Below the pieces are notes generated by a model. It did no database searches. It was not told the origin of the DNA and worked only from the letters and a program-made list of their open reading frames with translations. From the NCBI GenBank assembly GCA_963833425.1, contig CAWHXP010000008.1, positions 532,578 through 596,577 on the forward strand: a DNA stretch of 64,000 nucleotides. The letters run 5' to 3'. Source of the stretch: an uncultured Methanosarcinaceae archaeon (lineage in GTDB: Archaea; Halobacteriota; Methanosarcinia; Methanosarcinales; Methanosarcinaceae). Every line of letters begins with the position of its first letter. The first letter of the stretch is position 1. Of the stretch, positions 1 to 12,236 are shown in pieces. Made by a program: the position numbers and the translations under genes.

Positions 1-411
1 CCGGATATTTCATTTGAAGAATTCATGCTACATGAATCCAGAAAAGGAAATCGCGGAATGATTGAAGGCACTTACTTCGATCTACTTTTTGTGAGAGAGT
101 GGAATCAAATTAAAGACCCTCTTCGCCGCGGGAAGGATACAGTGAAAATGAAAATTGAAGCTGAAGTGAAAAACGCTGACTTTGCTTTCGACAGCCCTGC
201 TTATTATAAGATAAGGCACACTGAAATCGACCATGTGATTTCCTATACGCATACATATGCTGGCCAGGCTCTTCCTACAGAAGTTATAGAAGCAAGTGGC
301 ATCGTTGAAGAAGTTGGGAATATGAAAAGACTAGTCGTAGGCACTTCAAGGGAACCAAAAGGAGAATGGATAAAGTCCCTCACATGGCTTGAGAAGTGTG
401 GATGTTTTTGA
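1..411 (+). CDS. C-terminal part of a conserved archaeal protein, probably a predicted nucleotidyltransferase-domain protein; starts upstream of the window
   Basis: Frame is open from base 1 (PDISFEEFMLHESRKGNRG...). Motifs FDLLFVR, SYTHTYAGQA and LVVGTSRE resemble the archaeal COG1665-type family. Confidence 0.6.
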   Translation, partial: PDISFEEFMLHESRKGNRGMIEGTYFDLLFVREWNQIKDPLRRGKDTVKMKIEAEVKNADFAFDSPAYYKIRHTEIDHVISYTHTYAGQALPTEVIEASGIVEEVGNMKRLVVGTSREPKGEWIKSLTWLEKCGCF

Positions 412-808
412 AAAGATCTAATAAAAGGAAATTTAGATCTGCCCCTTAAAATCTGAACTATCATCTAGAACCTGTTATTTTTGCGGAAACCATAACTCTG
501 AGCCACCACAAAAAGACAGAAATTGAAAGTGTCCTAATTGCAAGACTAAACATGATAAAGACATTAATTCCGTAATTAACACCATAAAATTATTTCCCTT
601 TGATCAAAATCTAATTTGGATCTGACATCCTTAGAATGCAGGGGTGGGTTTGGAGACTATTCTAAAAGGAGAAAAAAAATGAATCATGAAGCTGCTAGGT
701 CTTCAACTGAGTTATAGTGTACGATGTTCCACTAATTCGTAGAAATAGCTCCGGATATTACAGAGTTCAGAGCAGATGGCATCAGAATACAGTTTCCTTA
801 GTATCATA

Positions 809-848
809 TAAACGACAAAGAAATGATTTAAACGACAAAGAGATGATT
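809..848. repeat. Tandem duplication of a 20-bp unit
   Basis: taaacgacaaagaaatgatt followed by taaacgacaaagagatgatt (1 mismatch). Confidence 0.8.
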
Positions 849-1642
849 TTTTTGAATAACGAATCTCTTTGCAGTGTTTCACAAAAATTCCGCATCTAAA
901 AGCTTTTTTAAATAAGATATGTAAAACGATTTGAAGAACGATATGAATACAAATGAACAACAACTAGCATCTTCTAAAAATCTCAAAATAGTAGAAAATG
1001 CAATGATTTAACTAATGTGATCGAGATCAGTACATATCGTAAAGTTGAAAAAGTATAATTTTATATATATTTAATGTAAAATTTAGAAAGTCAGGTCTTT
1101 AATAAATTCAACGATACTTCATGCTTAGTCCTATGAAAGACGAAAGTTATGAATAAATCTTCATTGAAAAGCTCGTAGGTATATATAGTACGGATATATA
1201 CATATGAAAATATTGAGTGTGTTGACATGATAAACGTAAAAAAATACATAAGATATATAATCATTGGTTGTTTTATTGGATTATTATTGATTTATCTACG
1301 TTTCAAGAAAATAAATATTCAAAAATAAGCTTCTAGCAGATGTGCTCAGTACATTTGTTTTTAAGAATCTTCATTGATGATGTATCTGTATTCCAAATCA
1401 AAAAAAAAATTAAAAGCATGAAGCAAAATGGACATAATATGGATAGTGTAACGATCAAGTTGAGTAAAAAACTATCATTTTCCGTCTTTAATGCTATTAA
1501 TCAGCTAATATATGCGGGCTGATTTCATTTAACTGTCAACTATTTATCACTCCTTTATGGACCTGCAGCTTACTCAGATATTGGACCTAACGACATCTTT
1601 AAAAAGGCTAATTTTATTCACATAATAAAAATGTTTTTAATT

Positions 1643-2640
1643 GGCTCTGTAAAAATGCTCTAACTTGAACTTTTACACTATAGTATTAATAACTATTCAG
1701 TTCTAATATTTTCTTATTTTTTCGCTAAAAACGAAGAAACATTCGATATTGAAATTTAGTAAGTACATCAAATTTGTTGATACCAGCCCTGAAACTGTTC
1801 AGTCTTCGAGACTGAAGCTTTATTCCTGCAAGTATTAAAAATACGTTTATACCAGCATCAGCTTCTTGTACTGGTTTTATCGAAAGAGTATATTAGCACA
1901 TAATATCGGGATTTTGTAGAACTCATTAATCTTATTAGCGATATAAAAGAAAAACTTGCTCTTGATAAGATTCCTCATTTTACTACCCTTCAAAAGTTTG
2001 TAACTAGGATTCCCTCCTCTTTGTTTAACCTTCGTCTGTCAAGGATTCTAAAGCTGTTTTACTCATATGGAGAAAATGTCTCTGTTGCATCAATCGCTGC
2101 AACAGGATTTCGAGTTCATACGCAAGTTATTATTATTCCAGAAGAACAGAAAGCTTCGAAGAAGCTTCCTGAGAACTTCAATGTCAGTGGACACAAGTAA
2201 AAAGATAATATTGGGATGGAAAATTAGTCAAAAAACAGACCATGAAATCAAACATGCAAATGCTCTGATAAGGCAATCAAATAATATGAGAAAGTCTGAT
2301 TATTATGTAATGGATAAAGGATACAATTCAGAAAAAATACATTCTATAATTAGAGAAGAAATCAAAACAGATTCAATTATACCTGTAAGAGAGAGAAAAA
2401 GAAAGAAAATAAGATGTAAATATAGAAAACAGTTGAATCTGGTCTTTGACAGAATTAAATATAATCAAAGAAATATCGTGGAGACAACATACTCTGTAGT
2501 GAAAAGGAAGTTCGGAGAAACACTTCGGGCAAGAAGATCCGTAATCAAGTAAAGGAAATTAAACTTAAACTCATAGTGTACAACATAGACAAAAAAGTTA
2601 TAGAAATAATTTGCATCAAACTAAGGATTTCTACAGAGCC
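1643..2640 (+). mobile_element. IS5-family (ISH1-like) insertion sequence, full length (998 bp), transposase disrupted
   Basis: TIRs GGCTCTGTAAAAAT / ATTTCTACAGAGCC. DDE fragments VMDKGY and YNQRNIVET broken by stops and frameshifts. Near-perfect 8-bp flanks ttttaatt / ttttaaat. Confidence 0.9.
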
Positions 2641-2946
2641 TTTTAAATAATAATTAATGTATCCAGATTTCTCGAAGCCATTTACGGGACGCACATATAT
2701 AGTATTTACATACTTGATGAAGATGTTATTTAAGAGTGATCTTTCTGGACTTTAGCAAATATTAAAGCTTGATAATAAGAAAACTTTTTATCTCGGTTCT
2801 CCAATATACGCAACGTTTTTAATCATCTTCTATAATTATGAAGCAACTGATAACTATTTACTCTTAAAGTTCATTTGATTCTGTGTGAAGCCGCTGAAAA
2901 GCGGATGATATCAGTGTAGTTGTAAATTATAAAGCGAGGCTTATAA

Positions 2947-3198
2947 ATGCAGTACCAGGCAAAAGTTACAATTGAACTGAAGGCAGGCATGCTTGACCCT
3001 GAGGGCACTACAGCAAAAAGGGCTCTTGGACACCTTGGCTACGATGTCAGCAGTGTAAAGACCGCAAAGCTATACGAGATCGTAATAGAAGCCGAATCTT
3101 TAGATACCGCACAGCATAAGGTTGAAGAGATGTGCCAGAAGCTTATTGCGAATCCAATTATTCACAACTACAGAATCAAGCTCCAGGAGATTAATTGA
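2947..3198 (+). CDS. purS: Phosphoribosylformylglycinamidine synthase subunit PurS
   Basis: 83 aa with LDPEG and LIANPIIH motifs; directly upstream of purQ. Confidence 0.97.
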   Translation: MQYQAKVTIELKAGMLDPEGTTAKRALGHLGYDVSSVKTAKLYEIVIEAESLDTAQHKVEEMCQKLIANPIIHNYRIKLQEIN

Positions 3199-3271
3199 GA
3201 GTTAACTAGCAAAAGAATTGAAACATCTGAAAAGCTAAAAGTTTCAAAAAACTGAAAACTGAGGGAAAAAT

Positions 3272-3970
3272 ATGAAGGTTGCCATTATTCGGTTCGGAGG
3301 CACAAACTGTGACCTGGACGTGCTGCACGTTCTTAAAGATGTTGTGGGTGTTGACGCAGAGACTGTCTGGTATAAGCAGGAAAAACTAACAGGCTTTGAC
3401 GGAGTCATTATCCCTGGTGGCTTTTCTTATGGAGACTATTTGAGAGCAGGGGCAATCGCAGCCCGCACTCCAATTATGGATTCTGTAAAAAAACTTGCAG
3501 CTGAAGGAAAGCCTGTCCTTGGGATTTGTAACGGTTTTCAGGTTCTCACAGAAGCGAGACTTCTTGAAGGGGCTCTTACAACTAATGAATACCCGAAATT
3601 TAGATGCCACTGGACAAAAATCAGAGTAGAGACGGTAAATACCCCGTTTACCTCGAAGTTCAGAAAAGGTGAACTTGTAAGGATGCCAATTGCCCACATG
3701 GAAGGGAAATTTTATACCGATGAGAAAACGCTATCAGAACTTGACGAAAACGACCAGGTAGTTTTCCGTTATGCAGATGAAAACGGGGTAATAACGGACG
3801 CATCTAACCCCAATGGTTCTCTAGAAAATATCGCAGGGACGGTAAGTACTTCACGAAATATTCTCGGTTTAATGCCCCATCCTGAAAGAACTTCCGAATC
3901 GATCCTAGGCTCAGATGATGGCTTACGCGTCTTTGAGTCGATGGCAGATTATATTACCGAAAATTTCTAA
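3272..3970 (+). CDS. purQ: Phosphoribosylformylglycinamidine synthase glutaminase subunit PurQ
   Basis: Motifs PGGFSYGDYLRAG, GICNGFQ, NPNGS and MPHPER. Confidence 0.98.
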   Translation: MKVAIIRFGGTNCDLDVLHVLKDVVGVDAETVWYKQEKLTGFDGVIIPGGFSYGDYLRAGAIAARTPIMDSVKKLAAEGKPVLGICNGFQVLTEARLLEGALTTNEYPKFRCHWTKIRVETVNTPFTSKFRKGELVRMPIAHMEGKFYTDEKTLSELDENDQVVFRYADENGVITDASNPNGSLENIAGTVSTSRNILGLMPHPERTSESILGSDDGLRVFESMADYITENF

Positions 3971-4044
3971 TCCACATTATTTTCAATCTATTTTTTCTCT
4001 AGTTGACATACTAGCTGGTTGAAGATGTATTACTCTTCTCCAGT

Positions 4045-4600
4045 CGAATGCTCCATAGCTTGCAGAGTCGAGAAGAAATGTCCATATAAACCTCTATTAA
4101 TCAACTTATTCATTTTTTAAGCCGTTTTCGAAATGTAATATGTAGATATTAGCGTAAACTATTGAGCCTATGAAATTAGGTATCACATCATTTTTTACAT
4201 TAAGTATCGTAAAAAATTTATTATAGACAACGATACAATCAATTGTTTGAAATATATCCTTTGAAGTTGGTTAAGGTGGTATTTTGAGTTTGATGCAATC
4301 GATTCAGAGTTTGTCTGTAAGTCTTTTCTTTTGGGATAAGCTAAAATATTATCTTCCAAGAGTCATGCAGTTTATAGAATATAATACAGCACAAAAATCT
4401 TTGAAGATTACTCTATAGTTCAATAAATTTGCCGAATGAGGAACTATGGAGATTTAATTGGAACTTGGTGAGTGTAAAACTGTATATTTAATTAAAAACT
4501 ATTTTGAAAAAAAAAGTGAAGCCATAACGAAAAAAAGCATATAAGCAAATGAAAATAGTTGAATTGGAATAATTCCTTGCTATCCAGAGCGAGGTACCAA
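4045..4600 (+). mobile_element. Heavily decayed IS200-family element (tnpA relic); boundaries approximate
   Basis: Relic translations YEIRYHIIFYIKYRKK and FEFDAI; degenerate end-hairpin-like sequences near 4047 and 4575-4598. Confidence 0.65.
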
Positions 4601-4847
4601 CATGCCCAGTTACCTCCAATAAGTTGGTCACATCAGCTCGAATTTCTCCAATGAGGCCTAATTTTCTTTTTTACTCAAATCCATGGGACTTCACTGCCTA
4701 GGGAGATTGATTGAATAGGTAAGAGGATACAATTCATGCTTCACTTGAGTAATATTGAACAATTAACTGTGACGATCAGATACTCAAAAAAAGAATTGAA
4801 AAAGGGAATTAAGTATTTTTAACACCCTTCTTCAGACCGAGCTTAAA

Positions 4848-5255
4848 TTACTCTGCTTTTGCTCCTTCTGCGGTTTCGAGGCCCAAAAGTGCTTTAATGG
4901 ATTTGTTTCCGTATTCAACAACTTTGGCGTTGATCTGAACAATGTCAGGAGCAATTTCTTTACCACGCATCATTTTTCTCCTACGCTGTCCAGGGAGTTT
5001 AGGGGTATAACCTACACCTACTGCCAACAAAATTTTTTGCCTTCTGGGACCCGGAAGATCTGGTTTCATAACAAAACCACTGCCATCGCAACCACCAGTT
5101 ATCTTGACTTTGTATCCGGCAAGACCGAAGATTGTACCTTCAACAACTTCACCAATAGACTTTCCAATTAATGCGTTTGCTTCAGCGTCTTTTATGTTAA
5201 GTTGATAAGCACGCGCTTCTTTTGGGTCAGAAATTACGACTCTAAAATTTGCCAT
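4848..5255 (-). CDS. rps6e: 30S ribosomal protein S6e
   Basis: [21 protein letters not shown] and RRRKMMRG; conserved operon position. Confidence 0.97.
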   Translation of the reverse strand: MANFRVVISDPKEARAYQLNIKDAEANALIGKSIGEVVEGTIFGLAGYKVKITGGCDGSGFVMKPDLPGPRRQKILLAVGVGYTPKLPGQRRRKMMRGKEIAPDIVQINAKVVEYGNKSIKALLGLETAEGAKAE

Positions 5256-5391
5256 ATAATAAATCCTCCAATATCAGTTTTCTCTGCAATAATTGCTTTG
5301 CCTTGCTGTATTCTCTTTACCAGAATCCTCACCTGAATTTTTATCTCAATTCTTAACGATCCTGAACCTATCTATTCAACTTCAATATCTA

Positions 5392-7170
5392 TCACTTTGC
5401 CCAAAAGGGGTTATCTTTTCTTTTGAGTCCAAGTAAAATATCAAGAGTTTCTTTTTCATCGGTTGACAGGGACTCATATATCTCTTGTTCAAGAACTTTG
5501 GCATGCCGCTCTGGCACATTGATGTAGATAACATCTTCTTCTTTGATTTGTCTACCCACAGTTACACCGTCAATTGCCATTGCAACTTCCTTGCCTACCC
5601 TTGCAGAAGGAATATTTTCCCCTTCCGCCTGGAGGCCCTTGATCTTACCCACAACGTTCCCATTTTCGAGGATAATATCTACGTTCGTTCGCACAACTCC
5701 ACCAAGTATTCGTACCCCTACAACTGCGGGTTTGCTCTGACGAAACACACATCCTGGAAGAATTTTGAATTTTCCCGGGCGAATAATAGTTTCTAAAATC
5801 TTTTTTTCGGACATTTCCTGTTGTTCTTTTACATACTTATGGTAATCCTCAATCAGACGGTAGATTACATCATTAATAAATATCTTCACACTACTACTTT
5901 CCTGCAGAAAATCTCTGGCATCAGAGTGAATTTTGACATTGAAACCTATAATTACCGAATAGAGTGAATCTTCAACTGTGGAAGCACCCACCACATCTCT
6001 GTGCGAGATGTCTCCGACCTCAGCTTTCCTTATTGGTACTTTATCCTTCTGGAACTCGTGAGCAAGGGCTTCAAGGGAGCCCAAAGTATCGGCTTTTATC
6101 ATTATTCCATTAGTACCCGTATCAATCCTGACTTCATCAATCTCAGACTTTACCTGGGCTACAACTTCCTCAAGGGTTTCTTCCGTAGCAACCCGTAAGG
6201 GAGCACCAGCAATAGCACCTTCGAGATCTGGTGCCGATATCTTTACACCAGCTGCAGCAGTGACCTTATTCACTTGCTGGAACTTGCTTTCGTAGCGCAT
6301 CTCGGAGAGATCCCTGGGCTTCAAGAGAGCCCTTATTTTTGTATTGATCGGTTCTCCCAGGCTCCCTATAATAATAGTATCTCCTTTTTTCAACATGCCA
6401 TCGTAGAGGATAATATCAAGTGTTATACCCAGACCCTTTTCTTCCTTAACCTCAAGAACTGTCCCGACACCAGGGCTTTTGGAGCTGTACTGCAAGTTTG
6501 CTTCGAGGAATTTCTGAGCCAATCCTATGAGTACCATCAGGACATCAGGAATTCCTTCACCTGTAATAGCACTTACAGGCACTATTCCTAGAGTTTTTTG
6601 GAAGTTCGTGACCCGATCATAGCGCTCTGCGGCAAAACCCTGGTTGTATAATTCACCAACTAATTCGTAAAGTTTTGTTTCCAGTCTAGACTGAACACCT
6701 TCAGATTGTTTTTTGAAAGTAAAGGCAAAAGACGAGTCTTTTTGTGAGATCCAATCCTTTATCCTGTCTATCTTGTTGGCAACAACAACAAAAGGAGTCT
6801 TGAATCGCTTTAAGATTTGCAAGCTTTCGTAGGTTTGAGGCTTGAAGCCCTCATTTATATCCACTACAACAATAGCAAGATCGGCAAGAGCTCCTCCTCT
6901 GCTCCGAAGAGTTGTAAAGGCCTGATGTCCAGGTGTATCAATAAAAAGCAATCCTGGTACTTGAAATTGGTGTATAAGCTTTGGATCCCTGAGTTTATCG
7001 GCAATTACACCTATCTTAACTTCAGTTGCTCCAATATGTTGTGTGATAGCCCCAGCTTCTCCACTAACGATTGTAGTACCCCTTATCTTGTCCAGGAGAG
7101 TAGTTTTTCCGTGATCTACGTGCCCCATCACGCAGACTATAGGAGTCCGCAAATTTTTCTCGTCGATCAT
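5392..7170 (-). CDS. infB: Translation initiation factor aIF5B (IF-2)
   Basis: GHVDHGKT, DTPGH and NKID GTPase motifs. Start moved to ATG 7170, downstream of a GAGAGG ribosome-binding site (RBS). Confidence 0.97.
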   Translation of the reverse strand: MIDEKNLRTPIVCVMGHVDHGKTTLLDKIRGTTIVSGEAGAITQHIGATEVKIGVIADKLRDPKLIHQFQVPGLLFIDTPGHQAFTTLRSRGGALADLAIVVVDINEGFKPQTYESLQILKRFKTPFVVVANKIDRIKDWISQKDSSFAFTFKKQSEGVQSRLETKLYELVGELYNQGFAAERYDRVTNFQKTLGIVPVSAITGEGIPDVLMVLIGLAQKFLEANLQYSSKSPGVGTVLEVKEEKGLGITLDIILYDGMLKKGDTIIIGSLGEPINTKIRALLKPRDLSEMRYESKFQQVNKVTAAAGVKISAPDLEGAIAGAPLRVATEETLEEVVAQVKSEIDEVRIDTGTNGIMIKADTLGSLEALAHEFQKDKVPIRKAEVGDISHRDVVGASTVEDSLYSVIIGFNVKIHSDARDFLQESSSVKIFINDVIYRLIEDYHKYVKEQQEMSEKKILETIIRPGKFKILPGCVFRQSKPAVVGVRILGGVVRTNVDIILENGNVVGKIKGLQAEGENIPSARVGKEVAMAIDGVTVGRQIKEEDVIYINVPERHAKVLEQEIYESLSTDEKETLDILLGLKRKDNPFWAK

Positions 7171-7322
7171 ATGCAAAACCTCTCTCATTCCTGCGTCCTA
7201 TTCCCTGCAGATCCAAATGGATCAGAGCTTCCCACTACGGACCCATATTACAAGCACAAATAATCTAATCCTGCAACCATAACGTTATGTTTTAGAAATA
7301 TTAAATCTTGGATTTGCTATCT

Positions 7323-7772
7323 TTATTCATAAATACAGACATCATCAACCTTGGAATATTTCCAAATTTCGGTGTCCTTAAAGTGGATTGCAATTTCCCT
7401 TGCTGCAGCATCAGAGGAATCGGATGTATGAATCACATTCCTGCCGATATCCAGAGAAAAATCTCCACGAATAGTTCCTGGAGTCGCATCTACGGGATTT
7501 GTAGCGCCGGAAATAGTCCTCATGATCTTAATTACATCTTTCCCGGCAACTACCATTGAGACTGAGGGACCGGAGATGATAAATTTAACTAGGGATGTGA
7601 AGAACGGCTTTGTCTCATGTTCACTGTAATGTTCCTTGGCAGTGCCTTCCTTGATAACATTCATTCTGAGTGAGATTATTTTCAAACCTCTCCTTTCTAT
7701 TTTGGAAATAATCTCTCCAATCAGCCCACGCTGAACCCCATCAGGTTTCACCATAACGTAAGTTTGTTCCAT
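7323..7772 (-). CDS. ndk: Nucleoside diphosphate kinase
   Basis: MEQTYVMVKPDGVQRG, GTIRGDF and NVIHTSDS; start placed at ATG 7772. Confidence 0.97.
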   Translation of the reverse strand: MEQTYVMVKPDGVQRGLIGEIISKIERRGLKIISLRMNVIKEGTAKEHYSEHETKPFFTSLVKFIISGPSVSMVVAGKDVIKIMRTISGATNPVDATPGTIRGDFSLDIGRNVIHTSDSSDAAAREIAIHFKDTEIWKYSKVDDVCIYE

Positions 7773-7819
7773 TCTATACACCTTGACGATATCCGAATAA
7801 TTAATAGACAATTCCATTA

Positions 7820-8008
<189 letters not shown>

Positions 8009-8024
8009 TTACCTCACCGCTTTC

Positions 8025-8264
<240 letters not shown>

Positions 8265-8270
8265 TCAAAA

Positions 8271-8684
<414 letters not shown>

Positions 8685-8827
8685 GTCTTTTAACACATAT
8701 TGTCGAGATTGAAAATCCAAATTCCGGAAAAAGAACCTGAAAATTCTTCAATGTGTAAAGTAATTTAGCTAAAATACATATCAATGCTGGCTAAACGCTC
8801 AGATCGGACCTTAGAAGTACATAATTA

Positions 8828-8845
8828 CCTATAAACTTTCTGCTT
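8828..8845 (-). promoter_or_regulatory. Putative BRE/TATA promoter of the rpl7ae operon
   Basis: Minus strand gcagaaagTTTATAgg, about 195 nt upstream of the rpl7ae start. Confidence 0.45.
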
Positions 8846-8967
8846 GAAAACAGGGATCATAACCGAAATGCAAAAGCAAAGCAATAAAAACAGTATGTAA
8901 ACGAGCATTTCCAATGTAGGGATAGTAAATAATTCAAGGCGTTATAGTTATAAATAATGTAATAATT

Positions 8968-9594
8968 TTGATTCGCATGAACACAATTTGCTATGAAGCT
9001 CATAAAAATCTATACATTAACCTTACTAATCGCTGCAGTGGGGACTGTATATTTTGTATCCGCAACTTTGCAGACGGAGTTTATGGATATGATCTGAGGC
9101 TTTCAAAGGAACCATCAATAGATGAGGTCATCGAAGTACTTGAAGAAAAGAATCTTTCTGAATATAAGGAAATAGTATTCGCAGGTCTTGGGGAACCTAC
9201 ACTCAGATTCGAATTCGTGCTTGAAGTAGCACACTGGCTTAAAAACAGACATCTTAAAGTCAGACTAGATACCAATGGACATGTAGCCCTCATAAATCCC
9301 AACAAAAATGTCATTCTTGAATTGAAAAAAGTAGGAATAGATTCCATATCTGTCAGCCTGAACGCCGAGTGCGAAGAAAAATATAACAAACTTTGCAGAC
9401 CAATTCACAAGAACTCTTACAGAGCCGTACTTAATTTTATTAAGGAAGCAAGAATGACCGGAATCTGTATCAGAGTTACAGTAGTTGACTTGTTAAAAAT
9501 AGATATTGGCAACTGTAAAAAGATTGCAGAAAAGCTTGATTCCGAATTCCATGTAAGGACTTTATACGAGTCCGAGAATAACGAAATCTATTAG
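8968..9594 (+). CDS. TatD-nuclease-associated radical SAM protein
   Basis: LYINLTNRCSGDCIFC (CX3CX2C), GLGEP, LDTNG and SVSLNA. The start may be ATG 8977. Confidence 0.88.
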   Translation: MIRMNTICYEAHKNLYINLTNRCSGDCIFCIRNFADGVYGYDLRLSKEPSIDEVIEVLEEKNLSEYKEIVFAGLGEPTLRFEFVLEVAHWLKNRHLKVRLDTNGHVALINPNKNVILELKKVGIDSISVSLNAECEEKYNKLCRPIHKNSYRAVLNFIKEARMTGICIRVTVVDLLKIDIGNCKKIAEKLDSEFHVRTLYESENNEIY

Positions 9595-9844
9595 GATTTA
9601 ATACCAGAGTCGAAAATTCGTATATTGTAATAATATGGGGACTCGGGCAGTTTACTGGAATATCAATGCCATTACATCTATCGTATAATATAACATTTCA
9701 CCAATATTATAGATATGGGTAATGATTTCAAAACCAGATCTCTTTATTTTAGCTTTGTTAAATGATGATCAACATAAATGCATCTTTTTTCAGTAAACAT
9801 ATTAGTTTAATATCAATTAATAGTTATCCCATAAAATAATTAGT

Positions 9845-10220
9845 ATGCCAGTCTTCATTGACCCTGCAAGATGTCATAGCAATGTATAAGAGTAATTAAT
9901 TTTCTGGATTTGATATATAAATATTGAATTTTTTGGTTCTCTTCGCCAGGATATGATCCTTTTGCATTGAAATTTACCGAAATAAATTAGGCATGAAGTT
10001 CTTAAAGAAATAAAAGGGAATAGTAGCCTTAAAAACAAACATATAAACATCTAAACTGCTTCCGGAGTTAAAAAGGACATACTCAGAGCTTATGAATTAA
10101 TGTTAGTGCCTATATCGTTTAAACCATTTTACTTTAACGAATTCATGACAGTTATTGGACCCATAGCAGACTTCGGCTTAAAGCTGCAACATTACCACCA
10201 AAAAAGATTGGAAGCTTAAT
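9845..10220 (+). pseudogene. Relic of a CheY-like response regulator receiver domain
   Basis: Fragments HEVLKEIKGNSSLK, TASGVKKDILRAYEL and KPFYFNEFMTVIGPIADF, separated by frameshifts. Confidence 0.65.
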
Positions 10221-11849
10221 GAAAAATAGCGGTGTGTACAATTTTCTGTAAAATCTAATATGCATTCCTTAATCTTCTTTTTTGATTACTGATTAAATGT
10301 ACTAGTAAATGCAAAAAGAGTATTTGAAGCGCATAGGCAAATTCTGCTAAATTCCGAAGATCGATTTTAATTGAAAAAGACTCTTACAATTTTACGAGTC
10401 CGCGCATGCGAATTAGATTCAAGTTTCCAGTTAAATGACGTACCGTCAAGATCAATTTTATGAAGTCTTTGGGGTGCTTCTCGATATAAAGTAAGGATTC
10501 ACAATAAAAATTATAACTAGTATGCCATTTTGTCTGTAAAATCACAAGCATCAAGAAATTAATTTGCAGATAATTCCGTAGCTGAATAACCTAATCATAT
10601 AAATTATACCATAATTTAACTTTGAATTCACATTAGATTCGAAGCATCTCGGCAATATTTTGAAGAACTACAATGTAACATCGAAAAAGTCACTAGAAAA
10701 CCTTTGAAATTTGTATGCTAATTAAATATTAAAGATGCAAACTTGATCAATGAGAGCAATTGAAGCACTCGAGCTAAAAAAATCTCGATGCCGTATTTGA
10801 TAAACCCGTCTATATTAAACCAGATGATAATGAAAAATGACGGCTATTCTATGTAAATGTAGGGCGATTTAGGATGAAAAATTTTAATCATTTGATGAAT
10901 TGTGACTCTCTCTAACCTGAACAAACTTTGCTAGAATTTGTTTTCTGATTACATCAACATCATTTAAGATAATCTTAACGTTCTCGTTTTTATTCTATGA
11001 GACTGTATTAATTTTATCTATATTCACACCTACCATAAACATCAGGTAACCTTCTCTCCAAAATCCACATACGTATCCGACTGTCACCGCTTCAGCAGCT
11101 TTATTAAGGCGCTGCAGACACTCGGGGGCTCCATCAGCATTGCATTTTTCGATAAGTTGAACAAACTATAAAAGCTCTCAAGATTTTGAATTCTTGCCTT
11201 TTTTCATCCGGTCCTTGAAGGTTTGACACGTTGTTTGACACTTTATTCCTGCGAAGATGCTGCTAAAGCATAGGGTAATCTCAATGCAACTTTTTCACCG
11301 ATTAGATTTTGTTTTTCAGAGGTTGATTTCGGAGGCTTTGACATGGTCACACGTTTTTTTACTCCTTTAAATAAATATCTGTAACTATAATATTTACAAT
11401 TTTTTTTGTTTTCTGACGCACGAAACCAAGCTTTGGGCTATTAAGAGCCTATCTAAAAAATTGAGTAATCTCTATAACTTTTAAATACACAATAGAATGG
11501 GCATTTGTATTCTGTAGGCCGATTAAAACTTTTACAACATACCCTTCGCTTCTGCTAGAATCTAAGCTACAAATGAACGATTTTAGGGCCATTTAAGTCA
11601 TTTTTTTGAATGGGACAATAGAATCTTAATAAGGATCTAAGTAAGAAACCTACGATAGGGGTTGAGATTAAGCCAAACTTAATAATGAATAGTTATGAAT
11701 TTGCCAGTTAATAAAGGAAGTAAAGAAATTTCATCTTGGAATTCAAGAACATAATCAGCCAACATTATAGCTGTATGATTATAAGTCAACAAAAATTTTC
11801 TGCAGTGCTGCTGCGAGGGCATAAGGCAGTCAACACCCCCATCCCATAC

Positions 11850-12190
11850 TCACTGTCAAACCATTACAATACGCGTCTTAGATTCCTTGTCTTCTATCAA
11901 TTGATTGCCAACCTCCAAAGTCATTCGATAGATCTTGCCTGTGAACTCAAAAGGATACTGGTGTCTGGTGTAGCTAGTGATCTGTGAGCTAACCCACATA
12001 TTGCTCCACCGGTTAGCTCGAATACAACCTGACTACTCACGGGTGCATCAGCTTGACCTGCCGATTTCCCATCTATAAAAAGCTTAGTAGTTCCAGGTGA
12101 GCCACCGCCATTAGCAATATCTGGTTTATAAGTAACTTTTAACTCAAACCCGAGTTGATGTCTACCTTCAGAAACATTCTTGTTTGAGAA
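11850..12190 (-). pseudogene. Relic of an arylsulfatase C-terminus
   Basis: Fragments EGRHQLGFE, KPDIANGGGSPG..KLFIDGK..GQADAPV, YPFEFTGKIYRMT and IEDKESK.RIVM; the N-terminal part is absent. Confidence 0.7.
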
Positions 12191-12236
12191 AGCACATAAA
12201 GAGAATAAACGTTAAAATACCCTATGAATTTCAAAT

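Noticed and set aside
9592..9630. Pyrrolysine (TAG) read-through of the radical SAM gene and other TAG-ended ORFs
   Set aside because: Read-through adds only about 11 residues here, and the TAG stops at 24422 and 36611 are immediately followed by a second stop. No gene is rescued by amber decoding.
11243..11344. 33-aa ORF (MSKPPKSTSEKQ...) with a GGAG RBS, considered as a precursor peptide for the methyltransferase/ATP-grasp fusion
   Set aside because: It is separated from the fusion by an unrelated arylsulfatase relic, and coding-like sequence continues past the stop, so it is more likely a decayed gene. The ligase is also Ddl-like rather than of the RimK or graspetide type.
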